A stretch of DNA of 64,000 nucleotides from a virus (IMGVR_UViG_3300028888_001547:42599-106598); one strand, 5' to 3'. Positions 36,747 through 47,722 are shown, numbered from the stretch's first letter. Notes: generated by a model from the letters alone, not told the origin. A program made the numbers and translations.

Positions 36747-39700
36747 TTAATTCTCAGTTATTTTATCAAATGTACTAAACGACTTATTATTTGGAATATT
36801 TACAAGATCCAAAGAATCAAGATTTGCGTAACTATCTACAACAACTCCAGCAGGAGTAAGTACAGTAGGATTAATCAAACTAATACTAGTAGGAGTACCA
36901 ACTTCATATTTAGTAACCTTAGTTCCAGTAGGTACTAATACATTAACTGTAGTACCACTAGCGTCTACCTAAGTCAATTCAGAACATGCAGTAAGATCAA
37001 TATTACCAGTCAGGCCTGTACAGTTCTAAATAGACAACGTCTGTAAACTTGCCATATTAGAGAAGTTTACTTGAGTCTTATCATTATCTTGTATACTATT
37101 AGAAGTATTGGTGAGACTAGCAAATCCGTCAAGAATAATACCAGTTACATTTGGTAAATACTTAAACAAATATGAACCATTTGCAGTAACCAAATTAGGT
37201 AACGTACTTACATAGTTAGTAAAGTCTATAGTTCCATTCAACGCATACAAATCCATCTTATAAATATAGTTACGTCCAATAGAAGAACCAAACTGTGTAG
37301 TATAAGCATCGTTTATAGGATTATACAGCACCTGGTTACTTTGTACAATAGAAAGTACATCGTCAGATACAACAAGAGTAGCAGTTGCTGTTATTTCCTT
37401 ACCAGATACAAATCTGGTAACAGCGCTTACTGTATAGAACTCCATAGCATCGTTAGCTGGCATTGCTGCGTCGCAAGAGATGCGTACACCGTGTTTGTTA
37501 GTATAAGAAGAAGCTGTAATATAATCATCATACAGTTCAGCAAGACCGGCTCCATTACCACCATCAACATAACTTACAGTAGTATTATCCGAGTTACGTT
37601 TAACGTAATATGTTATTTTATTTACTGTACCTGTGTATGTATCATTTGTATCTACAAAAAACCTAGCACGTTGTCCAGATTGATAGAACTCTATATAATT
37701 ACTTACAGACCTAGGAGCAGCCTATCCTTCATTCTCAATATTAATAAACTGTGATGTAGGATATGTGGCAGCTTGTATGTGGATTACTGTAGAATAATTT
37801 ACACCTTCGACAGAGCATGTTACCTACACATCGTAATTTGCACCTTCATTAGATTCAGTAGATGTAATATATGCGATTCCATCAACACTCTAATCTTGCT
37901 AAATTACAGTAAGACCTTTATATCTTCCATAAGACTCGGCGCTCCCTACGGGTCCAATAGCCCATGCGTATTGAGTAGTGTCATCTTCAGCAAGTGAGAA
38001 TCTAGTAGCATTAAGTGATGCAGAATTACCTTCCGTAAGAGTAACACCACCTTGTTGATCGATAATAACATTACCACCGATATTAATCTGTACATAATTC
38101 CTCTTATGGTCTACAACAAGACCTGAAGAATTCTTGGTGAATACCGTATCGCCAAACCAACTCTTAATGTTGTTCAATTGTTGAGATGTAAGTTCTGCTC
38201 CTGTGTCTTTGAGTACAACGTAACCTTTTAAGTTTCTTGCATTATTAAGCTGTGCTATAAGAGCAAGTTCATCATATGTAAGAAGATTAATTGCACCAAC
38301 GGTATCGTCTCTCCAGTCAATCTTATCCATCTCCAGAGTATACTGGCTAAGATCGGCGTTAGCATCAACAAGATTGTTCAACCAACTACGAACCATCTCC
38401 ACCGACTCAGGAGTTTTACCTGTTGTACCAAGAAGAGATATTTCGTGTACTGTAGTAGGAACTCCACTGCATTTAGTAAATGTAGCTGCGTTATTGCTTC
38501 CCACTTCAGAATGCCAGAACTCAAGAGTCTGCCAAGACGAGTTGTTTACATAGAATCTATATACCGTATCAGGAATCTCAATCTTAGAGAATGTATTACC
38601 TGATTCTGAACTATAGAAGTTAGTAAGACCTGAACCTAATGCAAGTACTTGTGAAAGCTCTGTCAAGTTGTTATTATAGATAAGAGCATTGGTATCTGTC
38701 TGATTACGCTGTCCTCTAATGTTCAAAGACTGCAGGTTAGCAAGAGTATTGGCGTTTGCTTGGATCTGACAACCAAGTACAGCAACAGTACCTGTGAGAG
38801 TATCACCACTTCCGCTTGTTGTTATACCTACATTTATTCGTTTGATCGGAGAACCAAGTACTTCAGAGTATGCACCGTCAAGCGTTACACCATCGAGACC
38901 AAGTGCTATTTCACTAAGGTCTATCTCTTCCATAAAGTTAGCGCCGTATACAGTAACAGGGTTCTTTGTGTTAGATCCACCAGCAAGATCTCCATATCCT
39001 GTACCCATGTTATGGGTAAAGATATTACTTTTAGATACATTGAGTGTCGGTCCCCAAGGAGCACCTTCTTTATATATACTCATGTATGTATCCTTTGTTG
39101 GAGTAATTCTGATGGTCTGATTAGATCCCTCCGTTACGTTAGCACGAATATAGATGTAGTGGCTCTTATATTCACCACAGAACCATTTGGCATCGTAGTA
39201 GTCCATAGAGTTGCTCAACCACCAGTGACGGTGAGTCATACGAGAACCCTACAACCAACTCAACCAAGTTGGGTCTCCATTACCAGATTCGATATATTTA
39301 AAGAATCCAGACTTGTTATACATTAACTCGCACCATGCGGCAGCATAATCCTGATCAAACAGTGTTGAAATATTATCATATGTAAGACCTGCATTATACA
39401 AGGCATCTGCTACTTTAGGTACAACTGTATTTGCCCAATATGGCCAAGCCTCAAGAGCATCGAATAGCCAGTTTGATGTTACAACATTTCCGTTATTATC
39501 TGCACTTCTACCAGAGAATGCATACGTAGTAACAGATCCTGGAAGTTTTGTATTACGATCAATAGGAGGCTCGTAAGCAATACCACCATCGTTCTTATTA
39601 CCGAGGGCAATATCCATATCCCAAGGCTCATAGTGGAAGTGAACGCCATCGTATGTCTTGATCTGAGCGTTACGTTCCAAAGAGTCGACGAGACCGAATC

Positions 39701-42700
39701 TCATACAGAATATGTAGTAGGCAGCCATCTTATACAAGTCAAGATGTTGCGCAGCTTCTTGCTGGAACTTCTATTGATTGTTATATGTACTTACTACCCA
39801 AGCATGGAAGTCTACAAACGGTTTTGTTTTGATGTAGAAGTTGGAATCAGTACTAAACTTGTCCTGCGTGATCTTATTGCCCTGCTCATCTTTTACTTCA
39901 AGGATATCATCTTCATCTGGGAATATAAGTTCAAATGCTTGTTCCCATCCCCACATGCGTTCATACTCACCAGTACCATTACCTTGGCTATCAAGTTTTT
40001 CAATATTTAATACTTGCTCAAATCTATTATCGTGCGTCATGTATGACGAATATTGTGTGTTAGAGCTAAGTACTTCAATACGAAGAACATTGCTGTTATC
40101 CCATCTACGATTCTGTTTAGTATCCTAATTCTTATATGTATTTGTTAAACAGAAAGGATCTTTGGGGACTGCGTATATACTTCTTTCGCCGTATGTAAAG
40201 TCAGACTTCTTATCATCCATAAATACATATTGGCCAAGGAATATACGTCTTTGAGCACCTTGTTCATCAAAGTAGAATACTGCACAAGGGAATGAATCTG
40301 GAGCAATTCTAATATTGTATGGGAAACTATTTTCTGTCACGTCACTCCACTATACGTCTTGAGACTGTATAATGTTGCCATTCGTATCGTATCTGTTTCT
40401 CTTACCATAGCCTTCTGTCCAAGCGTTATCCCCAGTTTCATTAAGATTTGCATCATTGTGATGAACAAGCTGGTTAGTTGCAAACAGCTGAGGTTCAGTT
40501 CTAAGCTTATACTCGCCATCGATATTTGCACCAAACCAGGTCTTCTGTATGATACGCTGGAGGGATCCATTATGAACACCAGATGAGTCAGCATAGTTGG
40601 CTTGCAATACGAACTTATTGGCTGGAATAGATGCCTTGCCCTGATCGTCAGAAGACTTCATCACGTATCTGTTCTTATTCAACAGAAGGTCCTCTTGCTG
40701 TGTGAGTTCCCATGTAGGAACGGCACCGTTCTTAGACTTGTTCAGCCAGAACTTCATTGACGTGATCGGGTAGTTAAGAGTAGACTGACCGTGTTTTCTA
40801 ATCTGTGCACCTACGATCTTAAAGTTTTTCGTAGAATCTGACGGACAGAATCTTTCAATAGTTACATCAGTGGTAGAGTCTTTTTTATCTGTTTGTCCAC
40901 TAAGAATGTTAGAAAGGTTACCTGTTATAAGAATAGTATCAATCTTATTCTTACACAGATCAAAGTCAATCTCGCCACCAGCGTTCAGAATGTCGTTTCT
41001 GCTAGCGATTACAGCCTTTTCTGGGCTATCAAATACAAAGTTATTATACGCGTCAGTATATGTAATAGAATAATCGTATATTCTTATAGTATATACTCTT
41101 ACACCTGAATCAGATCCACCTATTACTATATTACCATGTGTAGTAAATGCCTAACCTGAAGCAATAGCAGCTCTCTCAAGTATACCGTTATTGACGATAT
41201 ATGCGAGACCTGACTCTACTGTACGGTCTTGACTGTTCTCAGGAACGGCATTAATAATAAACGACAACTTGATACGTTCATTTGCTTTATAATTGGTATG
41301 TACTACTTCAGTGTTAGAGTTTCCATAAAGAGTAGCAGTATCAGGTGTAATCTCAATACGCGCACCCTAAGGATTACCTATTACAACAAGTTTGTCATTG
41401 TCGTTTGCTACTTTCTCAGATTCGAACTCAATCTCGATAGTTTTACCTTTTACAAAGTCAAAGTTAGAGAACGGCTGTGCATTAATAGTTGCATATTCAT
41501 TTTGCCCAACAGTACGGAAGCTGTTTTCATACCAACCAGAGTTAGTATTCCAAGCAATATTAGTAAACGTTGTAGAAACCTGACCAGATTCATCTGTCCA
41601 AACATCTTTGGTAGAACTACTGTTAGTTCTTCCATAGCCAGACATTTTAGTCTCGTAGAAGCCAGTTTCATTGATCTTAATCTTGGTATTCCTTACTATA
41701 TAGATAGGAATAGCATTCAAAAGAGTGTTTCTAAAATATGCAGCTACGTATGTATTTACGCCATCTTCTGTATAGATAGTAGGTACAAATGTAAGCGTAG
41801 CGGCACGTTCTTGGTTGTTTGCTGTGATATCTCCCAAATTAATTGGGTTCGCATCATCCAATCCTCGTAGCAACTTCCATGTAACAGGAATAGATGTATT
41901 TGTCTAAAGACTATCTGTATAGTAGCCCCAATCAATGATCGCAGACTCATACTGAGTAGCATACAACATCAGATTGCTTAAAGGATAATCACCTGTATTA
42001 AATGAACTAGCAGTATTAATAAACTTATTAGTACTACCAACTACGCTAGATGCTACAGTAAATGTATAGTATAAAAGATTACTATTTACAGTTGTCTAAC
42101 CGTCGTTATACTTTGTCTCTGCCCATATCTACAGTGAATGCTGTCCTTCGCTAAGCGTAGGCTGCAATCTCTGAGTCTCCACAACTCTTGTAGGCCCATC
42201 TTGTACAACATCTCTAGTTGCCTCAAGACCAGAGCCACCGTTATCAATTCTAAAGTATATTTAGCTGTACCAGAAGTATTGTTACGCTCAAATACATAAG
42301 GAATCTAAATGGCTTGCTGTGGTGTAAACTTCTCATAGAATCTAAATGTACTTGATACGGTTACATCTAGAAGCACGATAGTAAACGTACGGTTATTACG
42401 AGCACCAGTAGTAGAACCCTTCGCCTCTATACTTACTACGTTTTCTCCTGTTTGCAAGTATTCGTATATACTAAAATTAGGATCCACATCTGATCTATTA
42501 TACCAGCGAGTAAAACTATTAGTAAGTCCAGAAGAGGTATTTGTTATTGTATATTTTACAGAAAGGCTGTCCGAAGATTCTCCTTCGTCATTATATATAC
42601 TCCAATGGAAAGCTATTCTAGAACCGTTACTGTTTGTATCTCCTTGGCGGATAAACTTGTTGTTGAAGCCATCACTATCTGTAGCTGTCAAATCAAGTTT

Positions 42701-42979
42701 ATAATCGCTAGGACGTGCAAAGCTAAACAACTCTAAATCCTGATTATCAGTAGGATTTTCAAGCCACATAGCATATGCTTCTTCACTAGAGAACATCCTA
42801 TATTTATTATTAGTAGGATCTTCTTTCATGACAAATGGTTCCTTAAGCCTACTTTGAAGAAGCTCTCTAATAGCACCACCGGATACCTGCTTGCCTTCTG
42901 TTTCATTTTGTCCTGTGAATGAGTTTACACCAGTAATCCAGTCTGTAAACTCACTTATTTTACCATTATATGTCTACAT
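36747..42979 (-). CDS. Giant virion-associated protein with CotH-kinase-like domain (~2070 aa, TAG=Gln; frameshift at ~42260)
   Basis: Starts ATG-TAG at 42979; seven downstream ORF fragments share one frame; GLVDSLERN..YEPWDMDIALG kinase-like motif; LRR-like C-terminal part; the N-terminal ~240 codons are in a different frame. Confidence 0.7.
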
Positions 42980-42990
42980 GTGTTATGTGT

Positions 42991-43176
42991 TTAATCTTTC
43001 CAAGGCGTATCTTCAGTCCAAGCATATTGGTCTTGCCAATAACCGCTTGCGTAACATGAAGGAATTGCTTCTATAATGCCAGGCCACACCTTGTGTTCAC
43101 CTACGTATACAGCGAATATTTCTTCACCGTTGTACCTAATGTACATTACCGGCTTTCCATTTTTATATATACCCAT
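42991..43176 (-). CDS. Small hypothetical structural protein (61 aa)
   Basis: Intact ORF; I.AVYVG..KVW and W.D.Y.W.ED..WKD motifs. Confidence 0.6.
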   Translation of the reverse strand: MGIYKNGKPVMYIRYNGEEIFAVYVGEHKVWPGIIEAIPSCYASGYWQDQYAWTEDTPWKD

Positions 43177-43192
43177 GGCATTATAATATTAA

Positions 43193-44134
43193 TTAAACGG
43201 CCCAAGGACCTTGATTATTTGCTTTAGCCCAAGCAATATACTTTACAATGTCCTCCCAAGTACAGGTAGGATCGTTTGCATCGATATTATCATAGAAGTC
43301 GTCAGCTGCCTTTACGTACTTATACGCAGTAGTTGGATCGTTTGCATCAGCTTTGTCAGATGCTTCTGTAGTACGTGTAGCAAGTCTAATAACGCCAGCC
43401 TTATTAAAACGATAATCACCAGTGAACAGCGAAGTATGCTCTGTGTTAAATGTACCAAACTCAAGACCGTCGCCACCACCATGTTCGAACTTAATCTTAT
43501 TCATGTGGCCCTGACCATCGCTACCTTTCGGCTGAAGAGCAATACCACCGTGGTCTTCACAACGAAGGTCAATGGCCTGTGCACGAACCTTCAAATAACC
43601 CTTAGTGTTTTTACCGCTGTTTACATTAATATCAAATACATTTGCATCAGCGCCAGCCTTATCTTTGGTAGTAAGCGTCATTGATGCAGCATTAACCTGA
43701 AGTTTTACAGGATTATCTTCACCGTCAATAATTTTAATTGACACTTCGTCCTGATTTTCTGCAAGTCTGTGATGTGAGCAGAACTCAATATCATCGCCAG
43801 GCTTAAATGAAATATTACCACCTTTTGTGGTATCAACACTTTCACGAGGCTCAATGTTGATATTGTTCTCAGAAGTAAGCGTAGTATTTACACCTTTCTT
43901 CTTTTTTGTAAGCTACATTACAACAGGAGAGCCTACCGTACTAACACCTGATGCAACTGCTACATTTACTGTAGCGTCGCCACCACTCTGTGTTACATCA
44001 GTAGCTGAAACCGTATTAGAACCACCTTCGTTTATGGCATCTACAGCTTCATTTACATAACCAGTAAGCCCATTCCACTCCTGTGCACTGAGTATGTCTC
44101 CAGTCTGTTTTTGTGTAAATGTTTGTTTTGTCAT
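43193..44134 (-). CDS. Hypothetical structural/fibre protein (313 aa, TAG=Gln)
   Basis: ORFs 43913..44134 and 43193..43744 in one frame; N-terminal KQTGDILSAQEWN. Confidence 0.65.
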
Positions 44135-44167
44135 AATATATAAATAACGTTATTTGTATATACGCCA

Positions 44168-44192
44168 ATAGGGGGCCTTGAGGGTCCCCTAT
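44168..44192 (-). terminator. GC-rich hairpin between dUTPase and structural genes (putative terminator/processing site)
   Basis: ATAGGGGGCC-TTGAG-GGTCCCCTAT inverted repeat. Confidence 0.45.
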
Positions 44193-44294
44193 CAACTGAT
44201 TTACTAAATTTTAGAAATATGAAGTTATTTAAAACTTCGTTTGTGAGGTTTTGCCATCTGATGTACGCCACCCCATGAAGCTTTTATTACGTAA

Positions 44295-44852
44295 TTATTG
44301 TGCTTCTTCAGAATCGTTTATCGATTCCACCGCTGCCTCGTTTGCGGGCTCAGAGTTTGTAGTCTCGACTTCTGTTTCCGGAAGACTCTGAGTAGCCGTA
44401 GGTGCGCTTTCGTTTATATTGTCAGTAGACCCATAACCGCCTTCTCCACGGTCAGTCTCACTGAGTGTATCACTCTCCTCAAACTGTACATCAGGTACTG
44501 GGAGTATAAGGAGTTGACAAAATCTTTCACCTTCTTTATATATAGCAGGTACAACATCTGTTGTAGCTCGCATCTTGGCCATTACTTCACCACGATAATC
44601 AGAATCAATTACACCAATACAATTAGTAAGTATAAGAGATTTCTTTGAGATAGATGAACGAGGAACAAGAGCTCCAAAATAACCTTGAGGAATCTCTACT
44701 GCAATATCAGTATGATATACAAGGACAAGCTGTCCACACTCGTTAATCTCTGTTGTGATTCGTGTACATGTCAAATCGAATCCAGCATCTGTGGCATGTG
44801 CCTTTACAGGTGCGATTGCATTTTCTGAAAGTCTTTTAAATTTAATTACCAT
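44295..44852 (-). CDS. dut: dUTPase (trimeric)
   Basis: AGFDL, PRSS, GVIDSDYRGE, Q and RGEGGYGST motifs; likely start ATG 44852. Confidence 0.93.
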   Translation of the reverse strand: MVIKFKRLSENAIAPVKAHATDAGFDLTCTRITTEINECGQLVLVYHTDIAVEIPQGYFGALVPRSSISKKSLILTNCIGVIDSDYRGEVMAKMRATTDVVPAIYKEGERFCQLLILPVPDVQFEESDTLSETDRGEGGYGSTDNINESAPTATQSLPETEVETTNSEPANEAAVESINDSEEAQ

Positions 44853-44876
44853 CTTTATATATAATTTTAGTAATAA

Positions 44877-44953
44877 TGGTTGCCCAGTCCGGTTCATCTC
44901 CAGATCTTCCGGGGTTAGAGCCCGACGTGCTAGGAATCATACACCACTAAGCA
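44877..44953 (-). tRNA. Amber suppressor tRNA (anticodon CTA, probably Gln-charged) with non-canonical D/T loops
   Basis: TGCTTAG/CTGGGCA acceptor (U1:A72), GTGT/GCAC D stem, TCGGG-CT-CTA-AC-CCCGG anticodon arm, TCTGG-AGATGAA-CCGGA T arm, encoded ACCA end. Confidence 0.85.
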
Positions 44954-45084
44954 GTACCTACCGGGGGTAACGCTCCCCCGCATTGGGTCTAACCGTAGGT
45001 TGCCAATCAACATTTTAACTATGAATATACAGGGTTCCGGATGGCCATCCGAATCTCAGCCTCCCCTGTATCGGCTGTGTTATG

Positions 45085-45145
45085 CGGCTCTGGGAAGATT
45101 CGAACTTCCTGCACGCCCGCCGGACAACCGACATATCGCAGCGCC
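45085..45145 (-). ncRNA. Truncated tRNA-like element (acceptor + one hairpin + T arm)
   Basis: GGCGCTG/CAGAGCC stem, GGAAG-TTCGAAT-CTTCC T arm, only ~29 nt between them. Confidence 0.5.
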
Positions 45146-45174
45146 TTCCAGTATAACGTAACGGTTATACTCGT

Positions 45175-45516
45175 TTACTTGTTCTTCTTGAAAGGATGTT
45201 TGATCCAACCCCAGAAGCGCTTGTACCAAGGCTTCTTCTTTTTGCCTGTAGCTTCCTTAAGAATATTCTCAAGCTTATTGAACAACTTATCATCCTGAAT
45301 ACGAACAATATTCTTCTCGCACTCTTCATCAATCTCATTGAGAATATCACCTGTAATTTTAACTCCAAGCATCACAAGCCAGGTAATATCATCTTCTGTA
45401 ATTGCCACGCCTTGTGTAGCCTTTGCTCTAATAAACTCGAACTTTATGTCGTCACAATTTCCAACATTAGTAAGATCTACAATAAAAGCGGGCTTTGTTT
45501 TAATATTCTTCTTCAT
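45175..45516 (-). CDS. Hypothetical protein (113 aa)
   Basis: Intact ORF with basic amphipathic C-terminus KKPWYKRFWGWIK. Confidence 0.65.
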   Translation of the reverse strand: MKKNIKTKPAFIVDLTNVGNCDDIKFEFIRAKATQGVAITEDDITWLVMLGVKITGDILNEIDEECEKNIVRIQDDKLFNKLENILKEATGKKKKPWYKRFWGWIKHPFKKNK

Positions 45517-45532
45517 AATTCTATATATCTGA

Positions 45533-46009
45533 TTATGCTTTCTTAACTTTCTTAACAGCTTTCTTGGCCTTAGTCAAGACCTTGGAAATCTTTTCACAAA
45601 CAGTCTCCTTTGGAGGTTCTGGATCGCACACGTTTGGACACGCATCGCACGAACGTTCGCAATCGCAACATTTACACTCGTTTTCTGCTTGTTTAGCAGC
45701 CCACTCTTCCTTTTCCTTCTGCTCAATAGCTCTACGGTTCTTAATGTTAGCAGTCCACTGCTTTGTTCTAACTGTATCGAGATGATACTTATTAAATCGA
45801 TTTGAGTAGAACAGAAGAAGGATGTCGCCCTTCTTAGCGTCGATCTCTTCCTTGCACTCACCGCAATTGTATACAATGTGCATAGGCTCTTCTATGTAGT
45901 ATATCGAACGAATATCGTAACGGTCCTCCTGTGGGAGTGTGCATACGAAATCAGTATCTGGATCTACAACAATGTTTGCTGAGCTGTCTGTTAAATATAA
46001 AGTCTTCAT
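45533..46009 (-). CDS. Hypothetical protein with Cys cluster (158 aa)
   Basis: Intact ORF; CKCCDCERSCDACPNVC. Confidence 0.65.
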   Translation of the reverse strand: MKTLYLTDSSANIVVDPDTDFVCTLPQEDRYDIRSIYYIEEPMHIVYNCGECKEEIDAKKGDILLLFYSNRFNKYHLDTVRTKQWTANIKNRRAIEQKEKEEWAAKQAENECKCCDCERSCDACPNVCDPEPPKETVCEKISKVLTKAKKAVKKVKKA

Positions 46010-46221
46010 TTTGAACTGTATTGTTTTGTTTTGTCTTGTTTGTATCTACGTTTCAGTTTAAACTTAAATGCTTGATTGAATAGTATATCTCTAGTATCTT
46101 CACCATCTTTCATCGTATCAACGACTGTTTGGAATGCATGTTTACAAACCGCACTGACAGTATCACGATCTACATCTAAGTTCTTAGAAACGTCTTTTAT
46201 TACTCTCTCGATATCAATCAC
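46006..46221 (-). CDS. HU/IHF-like small DNA-binding protein
   Basis: VIKDVSKNLDV..V..V...F..V.D.M..DILFNQAFKFKLK resembles the HU fold. Confidence 0.6.
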   Translation of the reverse strand: MIDIERVIKDVSKNLDVDRDTVSAVCKHAFQTVVDTMKDGEDTRDILFNQAFKFKLKRRYKQDKTKQYSSK

Positions 46222-46631
46222 TTTTCAATGCCTAAAATATCATACTGCCTCAAAAGGCGACTGTCTTTAAGTAGATCAAAGCGAAGTCCAGCAGCATCTC
46301 TGAATATAACAATATCACCGACATTTATGTTAGTATAGACGTTGTCATTCTTTTCAGAATCAATATAATACAAAGGACGTTTCAAAACAACACCTCTGCG
46401 ATAATCAGAATCAACTTCTTTAACCTCTGTCTCAACGCGATCGAAGTCTTGTGCTTCAATTCCATTTTCATCTTTTGCGGGTGTACCAGTTGGGACAGGT
46501 TTACTAAACTCTTTCTTTACTTTGACCGGATCCAGGGGCTTTACGAGGAAGAAGTCCAGGAACTGATATTTTATCTGACTGGCTACATCTTCGGCAAGCA
46601 CCGATTGATCAATTAACTTCTCGTCTTCCAT
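46218..46631 (-). CDS. GroES-like co-chaperonin
   Basis: FLVKPLD..GVVLK..INVGDIVIF..LLRQYDILG pattern of cpn10; likely start ATG 46631. Confidence 0.6.
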   Translation of the reverse strand: MEDEKLIDQSVLAEDVASQIKYQFLDFFLVKPLDPVKVKKEFSKPVPTGTPAKDENGIEAQDFDRVETEVKEVDSDYRRGVVLKRPLYYIDSEKNDNVYTNINVGDIVIFRDAAGLRFDLLKDSRLLRQYDILGIEK

Positions 46632-46635
46632 TTTA

Positions 46636-47049
46636 TCACTTTTTAAGTCCTGCAAGATGATCAAGGAGTGAGAGCATATTGTTGAGCACTGTAGTGCGCT
46701 CCACCTTCATGCACTCAGGCATGTTTGCCATATCTTCATTAAGATTCTTGAGTTCGTCCTCGTACTTGTTTGTAAGACGACTAATCTCATCAAATACGTT
46801 CATGAAGACCTTCTTGTTCTCTGCACCAACTACTTCAAGATATCCATCTGCGATCAGCTCTTTTGCATAATCAGCAGAGATTGCAAAATTAGATTGGTAG
46901 GTTGAGCGAACTTCAGAATCACTATCGTCCGACTTATGGAACTGTTCTGAGTGTTCGGCTACGTACATCTTGGTATTATCATCCCAAGTGAACGTATCAC
47001 CAACCTCCATAACAAAGAATGATTCAATTACACGTAATGTTTTTTCCAT
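46636..47049 (-). CDS. Hypothetical protein (137 aa), first gene of the leftward late operon
   Basis: Intact ORF starting just downstream of the promoter-like motif. Confidence 0.7.
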   Translation of the reverse strand: MEKTLRVIESFFVMEVGDTFTWDDNTKMYVAEHSEQFHKSDDSDSEVRSTYQSNFAISADYAKELIADGYLEVVGAENKKVFMNVFDEISRLTNKYEDELKNLNEDMANMPECMKVERTTVLNNMLSLLDHLAGLKK

Positions 47050-47074
47050 TGTTTCAAATTTATTTTATGCCCAC

Positions 47075-47157
47075 ATAACGTAAAAAAATTATGCTTTGGT
47101 TGCAATTTAATAAAAAAATTTGCGAAAATGCAACTTTTTTGATGATTTTTACGTTAT
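47075..47157. promoter_or_regulatory. Back-to-back divergent promoter-like motifs TGCAAC-N16/17-ACGTTAT
   Basis: Minus-strand copy 47104..47075 and plus-strand copy 47129..47157, exactly at the strand switch. Confidence 0.65.
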
Positions 47158-47299
47158 TTGAGTGTACCTATGGGGAAGAAGGGGGACTATAGGGGGTTAT
47201 TAGGGCCCTATAATGTTCTATCTTATTTTATCTAAATATAATATATATACTGGCCCTTTCTCTTTGGTTACTTTCTCTTTCCCCAGTAAAAGTAGAGAC

Positions 47300-47722
47300 A
47301 TGAAACAAAAAAGTAAAGTTCATATAGATACATACGAATCGATATATCCTACTCAATTAGTAGTTGCTAACAACGCCGCTACTACTAAACAGATAGCTAA
47401 AGATTATTGCTGGTTCGATGGTGTAGAATTAGAAGATTCTGATTTTGCAAACTGCCTTGGATGTGTTATACGAGCAAAAAGAAAGTCTGACGGACGTAAG
47501 GTTACACTTGTAAAGATTAATTTTGATCTTTCTAAACCTAGTAAACCGGAGGCCTTTTTAGATGATATTGCATCGCTTGTACACGAAGCAGGACACGTTG
47601 TTCTTGATACGTATAGTTACGTAGAAGACAGAATCTGTACCGAAGTATGTAAGCAAGAACCTTTTTGCTATTATTTAGAATGGGTGTTCAAGTGTATCTA
47701 TAAAACTATTATAAAGAAATGA
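47300..47722 (+). CDS. Small zincin-like (HExxH) protein
   Basis: LVHEAGHV..EPFCYYLEW; likely start ATG 47300; resembles 32121..32516. Confidence 0.65.
   Translation: MKQKSKVHIDTYESIYPTQLVVANNAATTKQIAKDYCWFDGVELEDSDFANCLGCVIRAKRKSDGRKVTLVKINFDLSKPSKPEAFLDDIASLVHEAGHVVLDTYSYVEDRICTEVCKQEPFCYYLEWVFKCIYKTIIKK

Noticed and set aside
1-44134. Apparent pseudogenisation of structural genes (many short ORFs)
   Set aside because: In the junctions traced, fragments are in frame and separated by TAG; explained by TAG=Gln recoding
44853-44897. N-terminal extension of dUTPase in the ORF track
   Set aside because: Overlaps the suppressor tRNA; ATG 44852 gives the normal dUTPase start
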